DNA from: Mobula hypostoma
Lineage: Eukaryota
Direction of reading: 5' to 3'
Assembly (NCBI RefSeq): GCF_963921235.1
Contig: NC_086097.1
Coordinates: 14,942,001-15,006,000 of the forward strand
Length of the DNA stretch: 64,000 nucleotides
Both the position numbers and the translations under genes were made by a program. Shown piece by piece: positions 10,909-23,477 of the stretch. A model generated the notes under the pieces. That model was not told where the DNA came from. It did not search any database and worked only from the letters and a program-made list of their open reading frames with translations. Every line of letters begins with the position of its first letter. The first letter of the stretch is position 1.

Positions 10909-12520
10909 GTCATAGAGAAGTACAGGACAGAAATAGGTCCTCGGCCAAACTAGTCCACGCTGAAACCGTTTAAACTGCCTCCTCCCATCGAGCTGCACCA
11001 GGACCACAGCCCCTCCATATACCTCCCTGCTCTCCATGTACTTATCCAAACTTCTCTTCAATGTTGAAAAGGAGCTCACAAGCAACACTTGTGCTGGCAG
11101 CTCTTTACACACTCTCATGACCCTCTGAGTAAAGAAGTTCCCCCTCACGCTCTTCTTAAACTTTTCACCTTTCACCCTTAACCCATGACCTCCAGTTGTA
11201 GTCCCATCCAACCACAATGGAAAAAGCCTGCTTGCATTTACCCTATCAATACCTGGATTGGGGAGCATGCCTTATGAGTAAGGTTGAGTGAACTCGGCCT
11301 TTTCTCCTTCGAGCGATGGAGGATGAAAGGTGACCTGATAGAGGTGTACAAGATAATGAGAGGCATTGATGGTGTGGATAGTCAGAGGCTTTTCCCCAGG
11401 GCTAAAATGGCTAGCACAAGAGGGCATAGTTTTAAGGTACTTGGAAGGAGGTACAGAGGAGATGTCAGGACTAAGTTGTTGTTTTTTTTTTATAAACGCA
11501 CAGAATGGTGAGTGCGTGGAATGGGCAGTCAGCGACGGCCGTGGAGGCAGAAACGACAGGGTCTTTTAAGAGGCTCCTGGATGGCTACGTGGAGCTTAGA
11601 AAAATAGAGGGCTATGGGTAAAGCCTAGGTAGTTCTAAGGTAGGGACATGTTCGGCACAGCTTTGTGGGCCGAAGGGCCTGTATTGTGCTGTATGTTTTC
11701 TATGTTTCTAATACCTCTCACAAATTTGTACTGGTGTTCCTTTTCACACCTTGTGGCACATCGAGCAACATTTTTGCATTTCCGTAGCACTTGACAAAGT
11801 CCATGTTGACAACATCCATTGCCTTGCCTTCATCCACTTTCCTGGAAACTTCCTCAAAAACTCTATAAGATTGGTTAGACATGGCCTACCACGCAAAAAG
11901 TCATGCTGACTATCCTTATATAAGTGTTCCCCTACACAAACTTCTGTCAGCTGCCCTGTTTCATTCCCTAATAGCAGTTCCAGTATCGCAAGCTCTCTCA
12001 TTAGGACTTCTACATACTGAAGGAAACTTTCCTGAACATGTTTGACAAACCAGCCCATCTCATCCTTTTGCAGTATGGGATTCCCAGTCAATATGTGGAA
12101 AGGTTGCTAAGGTGATTTTATTTTGCCTGCAATAGTCTGCAATCTCTTTACAAATTTGTTCCTCTAATTCCCTAGGACTGTTGGGTGGTTTGTACATTAC
12201 CACACATGGCCATTGACGTGGTCATACCTTTCTTATTTCTCAGTTCCACCTATAATGCCTCACTAGACGAGTTCTCCAGTCTGTTCTGATGGAACACTGC
12301 CGTGACATGTTCCCTGATAAGTAATGCCACAAACCCCTCCTCCTTTAATCCCTCCCGCTCTGTCCATCTAAAACAATGGAAACCTAGAATATTGAGCTGC
12401 CAGTCCTGCCCCTCCCACAACCAAGTCTCACTAATGGTTACAATGTCATAATTACAGTTGTTGACCCACATCCTGAGCTCATCCGCAAAATTAGCTAATT
12501 GCACAGTATTCCTCATCTAA
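10909..12520 (-). mobile_element. CR1 LINE (internally deleted; endonuclease to 3' end) hosting a nested CR1
   Basis: Minus-strand ORFs YDIVTISETWL (APE endonuclease), CLTNLIEF and GNFFTQRVMRV. Interrupted at ~11255-11709. Confidence 0.8.
11255..11709 (+). mobile_element. CR1 3' fragment nested antisense in the host CR1
   Basis: LGLFSFERWRMKGDLIEVYKIMRGID...TRGHSFK and tail tatgttttctatgtttct. Flanked by aatacct on both sides (TSD or microhomology). Confidence 0.8.
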
Positions 12521-14665
12521 TTCAATATAGATTATAAATAGCTGGGGACCTGCTGCTTAGCCCTGTACTATCCCAACAGTTACAGCTTGCGAATGTGGAA
12601 GTGATTTACACCGACACTGCTTTCCCTTAGTTTGAATGAAGGTTACTTGTTCTTTTGGAAATCCAATTCAAGTGCAGTTGTCATTCAGCCATATACATGA
12701 ACACAGCCAACTGAAAGAGTGTTTCTCTGGGGCCAAGGTGCAAAACACAGGGCCTACAGTCACACACAGCACATACAATTGTGACAGCAGAGAAACACAA
12801 CAGTTACAAATTAAAATATTTAAAAAAAATAACAATAGAGCCCAAGTCCCTGACTGTCATGGCCTGAGATTGATGATGCCTGGATGTTGTCCTGGAACCA
12901 CGTTTCTGCAAGAGCAGGTACACTGCACCAAGCGAATACTGGAGGGCAGCACCAATGGGTGGGGTTAAACTCCAACCCAGCACTGGCTCAGTTAATTGGT
13001 CATTGTAAATTGTCCAATGATTAGGTTAGCATTAATCAAGTTTGTCAGGGGTTGCCGGGAAGGCACGGCTCGAGGGGCAAGAAGGGCCTATGCCACACTG
13101 TAATGCTGGATAAATAAATGATCAATTAACCGTATTTTATTACAGGTGACCAGATCTAAAGCAGTCAATTTCACTTAGTTCAAATGCATTGTCCCAAAAA
13201 AATGTATCTCACTATACAAATCATATGCTACAGAATCTCCCTCAATACAATCACTATTAGATTGGATTTGTTCAATTCATACAATGTTACCCATGATTTT
13301 TACAGTATCTTTCTGACAAGCTTTGTGATTTATAATCTGTCCTACAGTGATCTCCACCAGGTTCCCTGCACTGCAGCCTTGCCTCGTCTGTTATAATTTG
13401 ATTTAATTAGTAATTAGGTTTTCCAGCTGGCCATTAATTAGATTAAGTTATAATTAAAAACTGTAATCTTGTTTTAAGATAGCAATTTCCATTGCACTTT
13501 TTGAATTAGATTACAATTTAAAGTACATGTCTCTGACAGAAATAAAACCACTATCAATTACTTTCCTAAGCAACATTTCTGTGGCCTGTCTGAGTTGAGA
13601 AGAAGGGTCTTATCCCAAAACATTGTTTATTCATTTCCATCGGAGCTACCTGACCCACTGAGTTCTTCCAGTATTTTGTATGTGTTGCTTTGGATTTCCA
13701 GCATCTGCAAACTTTATGCTGTTTATCAATTATTTTTCTTCATGCCACACTGATTCAAGATTCAGGGTTGTTTAAAGTCATTTCTAGTACACAAATGTAA
13801 AAGAGAACAAAATGATTGTTACTCTGGATCTGATGCAGCACAAAAAAAAAACAACGAATATAAACACACAAGATAGCTTGTATACATAGATTGATTGCAG
13901 ACCCATTAAGTGACGCCAGGCACAGAGGTATCTGTCTACAAGGTCACGCTGACAGGAAATGATAAAGTAGTGGTGGTTGGGGATGTGGAGGGGTAGATTT
14001 GTGAGTGGAGGTGTTGATCAGCTTTACTGCTTGGGAAAAGTAACTGTTCTTGAGGCTGGTGGTCCTGGTGTGGATGCTACACCCTGATGGGAGGGGAACA
14101 AACAGTCCACGAGTCCATATTTCCTGCACCTATCAAAACCTTGGTTAGAGTTGGGAATACCAGTGATTCTTATGACCTTAATAACATTATTTCTTCAATC
14201 ACTAAATAACAAGCTTTCTGCCATTATCCAAATCCAGAGGTTTGTATCCTGTAGAATGTATTACTTATTAAGTGTATTGTCAAAATCCTCCTGCATTTAT
14301 ACAGGCAGAACTTCCGAAGTCCTGGGTCAGCCTAGCTGTGGGTGATTATGAGGTAACCAGTTTGAGCTGTGCATCCAATTAACCATCCAAATGACACTCT
14401 TCTTCTTCTTTGGCAATCCCCCAGGTTTCAGAATGACTTGCTTCCAGTCCAGTCTTGTGGGTTCTGAAGTGGTCATCAGAGGAACATCAGGCCATATGAC
14501 AAAGGAGCAGAATTAGGCCATTCAACCTATCAAGCCTGCTCTGTCATTCCATTATGGGAGATTTATTATTGTTCTCAACCACATTCTCCTGCCTTTTCCC
14601 AAAATTAATACACCCTGACTAATCAAGAACCTATCGACCTCCGCTTTAAATATACCCAATGACTT

Positions 14666-15930
14666 CTTCTGGAATTTTTTGAGGATATAACTATGAAAAT
14701 AGACAAGGGAGAGCCAGTGGATGTAGTGTACCTGAACTTTCAGAAAGCCTTTGATAAAGTCCCACATAGGAGATTAGCGGGCAAAATTAGGGCACATGGC
14801 ATTGGGGGCAGAGTACTGACATGGATTGAAAATTGGCTGGCTGACAGAAAACAAAGAGTAGCAATTAACGGATCCCTTTCGGAATGGCAAGCGGTGACCA
14901 GTGGGGTACCGCAGGGTTCAGTGCTGGGACCGCAGCTGTTTACAACATATATTAATGATTTAGATGAGGAAATTAGAAGTAATATTAGCAAATTTGCTGA
15001 TGACACAAAGCTGGGAGGCAGTGTGAAACGTGAGGAGGATGTTATGAGAATGCAGGGTGACTTGGACAGGCTGGGTGAGTGGGCAGATGCATGGCAGATG
15101 TAGTTTAATGTGGATAAATGTGAGGTTATCCACTTTGGTAGTAAGAACAGGAAGGCAGATTATTATCTAAATGGAGTCAAGTTAGGAAAAGGGGAAGCAC
15201 AATGAGATCTAGGTGTTCTTGTACATCAGTCACTGAAAGCAAGTATGCAAGTACAGCAGGCAGCGAAAAAAGCTAATGGCATGCTAGTCTTCATAACAAG
15301 GGGAATTGAGTATAACAGCAAAGAGGTCCTTCTGCAGCTGTGCAGCTGTACAGGGCCCTGGTGAGGCCACACCTGGAGTATTGTGTGCAGTTTTGGTCTC
15401 CAAATTTGAGGAAGGACATTCTTGCTATTGAGGGAGTGCAGCGTAGGTTCACAAGGTTAATTCCTGGGATGGTGGGACTGTCATATGTCGAAAGATTGGA
15501 GCGACTGGGCTTGTATACTCTGGAATTTAGAAGGCAGAGAGGGGATCTTATTGAAACATATAAGATTATTAAGGAATTGGACACACTGCAGGCAGGAAGC
15601 ATGTTCCCACTGATGGGTGAGTCCAGAACCAGAGGCCACAGTTTAAGAATTAGGGGTAGGCCATTTAGAATGGAGTTGAGGAAAAACTTTTTCACCCAGA
15701 GAGTGGTGGATATATGGAATGTTCTGCCCCAGAAGGCTGTGGAGGCCAAGTCTCTGGATGCTTTCAAAAAAGAGATGGATAGAGCTCTTAAAGATAGTGG
15801 AATCAAAGGTTATAGGGATAAGGCAGGAACTGGATACTGATAGTGGATGATCAGCCATGATCACAGTGAATGGCGGTGCTGGCTCGAAGGGCCGAATGGC
15901 CTACTCCTGCACCTATTGTCTATTATCTAC
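14666..15930 (+). mobile_element. Young CR1 LINE (RT to 3' UTR) nested in an antisense CR1 tail
   Basis: ORFs 14693..15103 (FQKAFDKVPH, GVPQGSVLGP, KFADDTKL) and 15340..15840. TSD tgactt at 14660-14665 and 15931-15936. The host minus-strand CR1 lies at ~14490-14665 and ~15931-16150. Confidence 0.92.
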
Positions 15931-18199
15931 TGACTTGGTCTCCACAGCCGTCTGTGACCAGATTTCCACAGATTCTCTACCCTCTGGCTAAAAAAATTCC
16001 TCATCTCTGTTCTAGATGGACATCCCTCTATTCTGAGGCTGTGTCCTTTAGTCCTAGACTCCCCCACTACAGGAAACGTCCTCTCCATATCCATTCTATC
16101 TAGGTCTTTCAAAATTACATAGGTTTCAATGAGATCCCCCCATTCTTCCACAATCCAGCAATGCCAAGCTCACTGCATTTTTTTCCAGCGAAAGTGCTGC
16201 TTTCATTTAGAAGTTTAGTTTCTGTCAAAGGTTCAGTTTTCAGGGCACTCCCAAACCTTTAAATAGATACATTTCATCAAGTTAGAGGAACTAGGTAGAT
16301 CAGGAAGCATCTGTGGAGGATAGTTCAGATGAAGTGTCTCAACCCAAAACTTCAACAATCCATTTCCCCCCTAACAGATGAAGTCTGACTCACTGTATTT
16401 AGAAACATTTCAAGATGTTTCTAAACTGGTTGCAGAGAAAAGCCTTCAGCATGACAGAATTGCAGCTATGGCAATCCCGGGTCAGCGAGAGAAACCAAAT
16501 GCATCTTCAGGCCTCATGTTGGCAAATCAATTTGGAGCAAATGAGATGCAGTTCCTTCAGAAGTGGTCAGAACCTCATCTCAATAAAATTGGATATTTTT
16601 CACTGTCTTTTGCAAAAAACTAGATAGGATTGTGTACTGATGATGGGAAAGAAATGTACCATTTGTGCATTGTAAACATGTCTGTAGTCAGCCCTTAAAT
16701 GCAAAAGTAAATTTTTGTAAATGATCAAAAAGGTTGATACAACAAAGACATTTAAGAGGGTCATCAATAGGCACAAGTATGTAAGAAAAAAAGTGTTATG
16801 GACTGTGTAGAATGAAGGGGTTAGATTGATCGTAGAATAGGTTCATATCGTAGATGGGTACAACATTGTGGGCTGGAGGGCTTGCACTGTGCTGTACTGC
16901 TCCATGTTAGCCCATCGTCTTGTATTTTTTGACTCCAGACTGCAGCATCTGCAGTCTCGTGTGCTCCCAGACATCCATCCCACTTCTAATCATTATCAAT
17001 CAACACTCAGAAATATGGACACTTAAAGGGAGAGTCACGAGAAAGACAATGGTCCTCGGCAGCTCGAGTGGAAGTACGAATCAACTCCTGACAGCTAGCC
17101 AATGCCATCTGATGGAAACAAAGATGTCTAATGAGGGTAGGATGGACAAGAAAGGTTTGGCTCACATGAAGTCCCATTTGATGGTATACCAGTGAAGATG
17201 TTTAGACATAAATAGTGGGTACTTGATTGAGGTACCAGAAGATGCCTGGAGCCGGTGGAACTTTGCAAGTCACAGATAAGAATGATGGCAGCTATATATT
17301 TCAACTTTAGGTTTAACAAGTGCTGCAAAAAAAAAGGAGAAAAACAACCGAAATATGGGCAGGTCCTATGAAATTAATTGTGCAACACAAAATTGGCTGT
17401 TCTGCAACTCCCCAAAGTCTGGCTATATTACACCAGTACCAAGTCAGAGTGATGCAAATGATGAGTCAATATTATCCCAACCTAGGGTACACAGACCCCT
17501 TGCTTAATGGTATTGGTCCAGGCTGGGAACCCCTGATCCAAGAGGATGTTGCACAGAGAGTCATGTGTAAAGAAACTCACCCTGCACACACGACACTTCA
17601 GTTATTTATTTTCTTCCCTCCTTCTAGGTATAGCAACAAGTAAACTGGGCAAGTTTGCCTCTGCACAAAACATCCATTAGTGTATTTTATTTGGGACACC
17701 AACAGACAATAAGGGATCCTCTAGGGTATAAATACAAGCTCCATTAAGAGAAGCAAAGTCTGCCGGCGTTAAGATCACATATTATGATACCTGGTGCAGC
17801 ATCATAAACTCTGCTGCCTCTAGAGACTGCCTGTAATACCATTCAAGGCCAGCTACCTCCCAATAGATTAAGAAGAGCTGCCAGTTACAAAAACCATGAA
17901 CTGAGCTTTAAAAATAGGAAGAAAGCAATTGTTTTTACACCTAGACACTTGCTTTGCAACAATATAAATGAGGTGGTCTACAATAGCAGATAGTTATGCT
18001 ACTATTTAAATACAATTAGTTTAATTTCAGGAACGGTTGGATTTTTTGAAACTGGTACTGCATTCATTTATAAGTGAGCAAACCCAAAAGTTATGTTCTA
18101 AAATGGTTCAACCATTTGAAAAAAAAACTAAAACACCTTGGAATAACTTCATAGGCTGTTTATCCTGAATGAATAACCAAAGGTGATCCTCTTCACTCT

Positions 18200-18648
18200 T
18201 AATTCAAGATTCAAAGTACATTTATTATCAAAGTATGTATGCAGTATACAAATCTGAGATTCATTTTCCTGCAGACAGCCATGAACCAAAGAAGACCATG
18301 GAACCCGTTCAAACAAAAACATCAAACCCAAATGCGCAAAAAGAGAACAAGTTGTGCAAGCTGCAAAAAATCAAGCCAGGCACAGTCACTTCAGTTCGAC
18401 CTAGTGCTGCGTCGTTCGTTATCTGCAGACCACCCTGATCAAAACCACACAAAACAGCAACAACATAAAAAAAAGCAGTGATCAGAAACCAGAAACACAT
18501 CATTACATGAAATACTGAATCTAATCCACAAACCACGTCAATTACCCTTTGCCCAAGACCCAGGACTCCAGCTCCATCTTCCAGCAGCATTGAGCAAGGA
18601 GAGAGAGACACCATTTGTATGCAGGTACCCTTCCTCCGGGAGCAGTGG

Positions 18649-18685
<37 letters not shown>

Positions 18686-19093
18686 GGGGAGAGAGAGAGA
18701 GAGAGAGGGAGAGAGGGAGAGGGGGAGAGGGGGGGGAGAGAGAGAGAGAGAGAGAGAGAGAGCTGAACATGTGCTCGCCTTCCGCTCTCATTCTCGTTGA
18801 TTTTAATAGTTTTTGATGCTTTAATCGGTGAGATTGGTGAGAAACAGAATTGCTCATGGGCTCACAGCCCAACTCCAGACTTCTTGGGCTCACGGCCGCA
18901 CACTTGAAATCTCACCGAACCCCTTCCGAGACAGCAAAGCCCCAGATTGCTCAATCTGCCCGAAAACACGGCAACAAAATGTAGATCACAGACTCCAACA
19001 TTTGAAAGAAAAAGTAGTAAAAGAAGGGAAAGTAGTTTCACAGCCATCTGAAGGATAACATCCTTGGTCACCTTGTTTACTGGCGCCACCTTA
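18200..19093 (-). mobile_element. Probable non-autonomous retroelement with a Rex/Babar-like 3' tail and an internal GA-rich microsatellite (18648-18761)
   Basis: Tail matches other Rex-type tails in the window (gataataaatgtactttgaa on minus). Head reads aaggtggcgccagt on minus. No RT motif recognised. Confidence 0.45.
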
Positions 19094-19237
19094 CACAACA
19101 ATGGAAAAACCATTTCATAATAATCAAATGTCAAAAGATTCCTAAAGTGATTCTCTTAAGAATGGCACTCTAATTTGTAAGGATAACTGTACAAAGTAGT
19201 GAATTTCTTCAAAAATGAAACTATTTGTTTTCCAGTA

Positions 19238-19588
19238 GTCATAGAAAAGTAGAGCATAGAAACAGGCCCTTCAGCCCATCTAGCCCATGCTGAGCCATTT
19301 AAGTTGCCTACACCCAGCGACCTGCACTGGATACACAGCCCTTCATACATTTCCCATCTATGTACCTATCCAAATTTTTCTTACATGTTGAAATCGAGCT
19401 TGCATGCACTTGTGCTGGCAGCTCCTTCCACACTCCCACCACTTTCTGAGGGAAGTAGTTTCCCCTCATGTTCCCCTTAAACTTTTACCTTTCACCCTTA
19501 ACCCATGACCTCTAGTTGTCCCACCCAACCTTAGCGGAAGAAGGCTGCTTGCATTTACCCGATCTATACCCCTCATAACTTCGGATAC
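19238..19588 (-). mobile_element. CR1 3' fragment
   Basis: Same tail as 10909-11250 (gtcatagaaaagta...ccatgacctctagt). Confidence 0.75.
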
Positions 19589-19592
19589 CTTT

Positions 19593-20180
19593 AGATTCAG
19601 AATCAGGTTTATTATCACCAGCATGTGATGTGAAATTTGTTAACTTAGCAGCAGCAGTTCATTGCAATACATAATCTTACGGAGAAAATAATAATAATGT
19701 TAAATAAAAATAATAACAAGTAAATAAATTACATACAATTTAGAAATACTGTACATTTTTTAAAAAGTGAGGTAGTGTCCAAAGATTCAATGTCCACTTA
19801 GGAATCAGATAGCAGAGGGGAAGAAGCTGTTCCTGATTTGCTGAGTGGGTGCCTTCAGGCTTCTGTATCTCCTACCTGATGGCAACACTGAGAAAAGGAC
19901 ATGCCCTGGGTGCTGGTGGTCCTTAATAATGGACACTGCCTTTCTGAGACACTGCTCCCTGAAGGTGTCCTGGGTACTTTGTAGGCCAGTGCCCAAGCTG
20001 GAGCTGACTAGATTTACAACCTTCTGCAGCTTCTTTTGGTCCTGTGCAGTAGCCCCTCCATACCAGACAGTGATGCTGCCTGTCAGAATACTCTGTACGG
20101 TACAACTATAGAGGTTTTTGAGTGTATTTGTTGACATGCCAAATCTCTTCAAACTCCTAATCAAGTACAGCCACCGTCTT
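19593..20180 (-). mobile_element. Rex1/Babar-type LINE 3' fragment (same subfamily as 5432-6500)
   Basis: ORF 19805..20194 YLIRSLKRFGMS...CITVWYG-like...LPSGRRYRSLKA...NSFFPSAI, near-identical to 5430-6040. Confidence 0.85.
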
Positions 20181-21424
20181 AAACCTCCTCTCAATTTTCC
20201 ACATGCTAAAGGGATAAAATCCTAACCTATTCAATTTTTCCATACGACTCAGGTCCTCCAGACCCAGACTCAGTTCATCCCTATGAGTTTGCCTCTTATT
20301 TGTTATTTGACTGTACTTGACTGTGATTTGCTCATTACTTCAGCTTTCACGCTGTTGTAAAAGAAAACAAAATCTCTTACTGAAGACCTGTTGCACTTCT
20401 GTTAACTCTTTTTTATTTAACCTTGATGAAGGTTAATGCATCACAAATGTGTTTCTTTAAAAGTGGCCATGTACGATTCTGCCTTGGAGCTGAAGAACAT
20501 TTATTTCCATGAGATGTAGAACAATATCTGTTGCAGGCTGGTAGCCAAATATCCTCAGAATGTCCAATGTTCACTGTTAACAAGAGCATTGCTAATCCGT
20601 TTTGATTGATCCGTTGTAATTGCTCAGTAGTGGGCTCACTTTTCAACATAGCAGGAATGAAGTTCTTCTAAAGAAAAAAAAGGTTCCCAAACACTTGGAA
20701 ATAAACCAGTACTGTTCATATTGATGGTAGTGGACAAGAGACAGGAGACTCCTGCAATATTCTGCAACTAATATAGCTATACAAACTATGGTCAGTTTGC
20801 AAACTCATCAGGGACAATTTAAAAGAACACCCTGATTGAATTAAAAAGCTGCAACTCTTTATTGGTCTGCGGACAGACCAACTATAGTCCTACTCAATAT
20901 TATGATCTCGCCTGATACAATTTATCTTGAAGTAGTGCGATCACTTGAGTTGAGTATGATGTTCTCCAAAGGGATTGTCTATTGGTGGATTCAAGGCTGA
21001 TCCCAGGTCCACAAATTCCGAGGTGTTAGGTGGATTACCTTAATGGAGAACACCTGTGCATGACTTTGCTTAACATGGGTATGCCAGTGCACGTGCAGTC
21101 ACAACATGGTCATTGATGGATCGGAGTCAGGGTCCAATGGCATGAATTGCAAGACAACTGGACACACTTCACTGTTACAACCTTCCTCCACCTTCTCTGC
21201 TGCTTTAGTGTGTCATTATCTTCCGCTAACTCCGCCGCTGAGGTCTTGGCTGGATTGCTTTTTGGCTAGAACCTCCCCCCGACCTTACTGCCATACCAGG
21301 TGCTGAACACCAGATGGCTAAAACTCCATACGGCACTGCTGCAGGGATTCCAGGAACTCACAAACCTCTCCACCACAACAAGGTGATGATCCAACAGTTA
21401 CTGCAAGATTGTGAGATTGGCTTG

Positions 21425-21890
21425 CAGCTGTACTTCATTAAGAGTTTGAGGAGATTTGGTTTGTCACTTAAAACATTCGAAAATTTTGACAGATGTACCA
21501 TGGAGAGCATTTTAACTGGCCGTATCACTGACTGGTATGGGGCTGGGGCTACTGCACAGAATCAAAGTGAGTTGCAGAAAGTTGTAAACTCAGTCAGCTC
21601 CATCATGGGCACTAGCATCCGTAGTATCCAGGACATCTTCAAGAAGGTGGCATCCATCATTAACAACCCCCACCACCTAGGATGGGCCCACTTCTTATTG
21701 TTACCATCAGGAATGAGGTACAGAAGCCTGAAGGCACTACCTTAGTGTTTCAGGAACAGTTTCTTCCCCTCTGCCATCCGATTTCTAAATAGACATTGAA
21801 CCCATGAACACTATCTCACTATTTTTTAAAACTATTTCCGCACTACTTATTTTAACACGTATACACAAATACACACATGTATATCTTACA

Positions 21891-21925
<35 letters not shown>

Positions 21926-22041
21926 TACATACACATAATTTAAAGTAATTCTGTCTTTTTTCTATTTTTATTACACACTGCTGCCGCAAAGTTAACAAAT
22001 TTCACGACATATGTCAGTGATATTAAAAGTGATTCTGATTC
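21425..22041 (+). mobile_element. Rex1/Babar-type LINE 3' fragment with internal (CA)n (~21890-21922)
   Basis: LYFIKSLRRFGLS...ESILTGRITDWYG...LLPSGMRYRSLKA and tail gattctgattc. Confidence 0.8.
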
Positions 22042-23324
22042 AGGAAGGTAGCTTTCTGATGGTAACATTATTTCATGCACAAGTTTATTGTCATTCAACC
22101 ATACACATGTTTACAGCTAAATGAAACATTGTTCCTCTGGGGCCAAAACACAATGCACATGGTCATACACAGCACATACAGTTATAATCCAGAGCACACA
22201 GTCACAAAATAATATTAGCACAAGTCCCAAAGTGACATGGCCAGAAGATCTTGATCCAGTTAGATTATGAGGACACTCAGTCCTCGTTTATTGTCATTTA
22301 GAAATGCATGCATTAAAAAAATGATACAATGTTATAGAATCAGAATCAGGTTTAATATCACTAGTATATATCATGAAATTTGTTGTTATATATATTAAAT
22401 TAAATTGAAGTAATAATTTAATTAAATTATGTTCTGCGTTCACTACTGGATCATATTCATACAATGGCTCATTGTCCATTCAGAAATCTGATGTAGAGGA
22501 GAAAAGTAGATCGAACATTTTAATACAATATATGCTGAGATGTTTCGGACACAACTAGCGAAAGAGAGAAACAAGTATTCCATGAACCCCTGCACAGTAG
22601 CATATATAAATCATATTCAACTTCATGGACAATGCACTTTCAATGTTTTTATTCACAGGCTACTGACGATTTAAAAATATTTACAAGGTTTTAACTTGGG
22701 ATCAAGCTCATTTTGTGAGGACCATGCTTTACAGATGCTGCAATGAGAGTGGCGATGCTCCAGTAATGTAGTTAGCCCATGCTCGTGTCACTGCAGACCT
22801 CTGAAGCAGTTGACAAGACTGTTGGATGGAGGCCAGTAACAAAATGTGAAAGAGTTTACAAGAAAACAAAAAATACAAGTTCCTTCATGTATGCACTGGA
22901 AACAAAAAGGAATGATGGTGGTTTCTTCTTCCACTTTGGGGAGCAGCAAATAATTTACATGAATTTGAAACTCTAGATGAAACAATTACACTTTGAGTTT
23001 AGGATACATCTTTTTGCAGCAAGAGGATCTACTGTTTCACAAAAGCTGGGTGTAGTCCAAACACAGTACCGCAAGTATATCACATTAAAAAGAAAGAAAA
23101 AGTAACTCCTGAGGCATGTTATCTGCCATTTGGCCTTCAGTATGATCTTGGCTGGTGTTCCATAAGGAACAAAGTTTCGGCTCCATATTTCTCTTTATGC
23201 TGCCCTATGCAGAGACATCCAAAAAAATGTTAACAACACCCAGCTCTTGACACATCTTACTGAATGGTCACACTGTCTGTGGATATAGAGAAATATGCTC
23301 CAGTTAAGTACTGTGGCGGGAAAA

Positions 23325-23475
23325 AACACATTCATCCTCTTGAGGCCACACGCAGGTTGGAGCAGCAACACCTTATATTCTGTCTGGATAGCCTCCAACC
23401 TGATGGCATGGACACCAATTCCTTGAACTTCCGGTAATTACCCCCCCCCACCCCACCCTTCACAATTCCCCATTC
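23325..23475 (+). mobile_element. Penelope-like element, GIY-YIG C-terminal fragment
   Basis: Translates as EATRRLEQQHLIFCLDSLQPDGMDT, matching the typical vertebrate PLE C-terminal motif R..EE..LIF.L.TL.P.G.N. Confidence 0.7.
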
Positions 23476-23477
23476 CT

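Noticed and set aside
16398..16425. 11-bp hairpin tttagaaacat-ttcaag-atgtttctaaa
   Set aside because: Short and AT-rich, with no supporting context, so it is compatible with chance or a local micro-inversion.
18309..18893. 194-aa ORF and overlapping ER-rich ORFs
   Set aside because: Frames are held open by a GA/CT microsatellite, with no recognisable domain.
20413..20649. 78-aa ORF in non-repetitive sequence as a nested gene
   Set aside because: No recognisable homology or exon structure, and the length is expected by chance.
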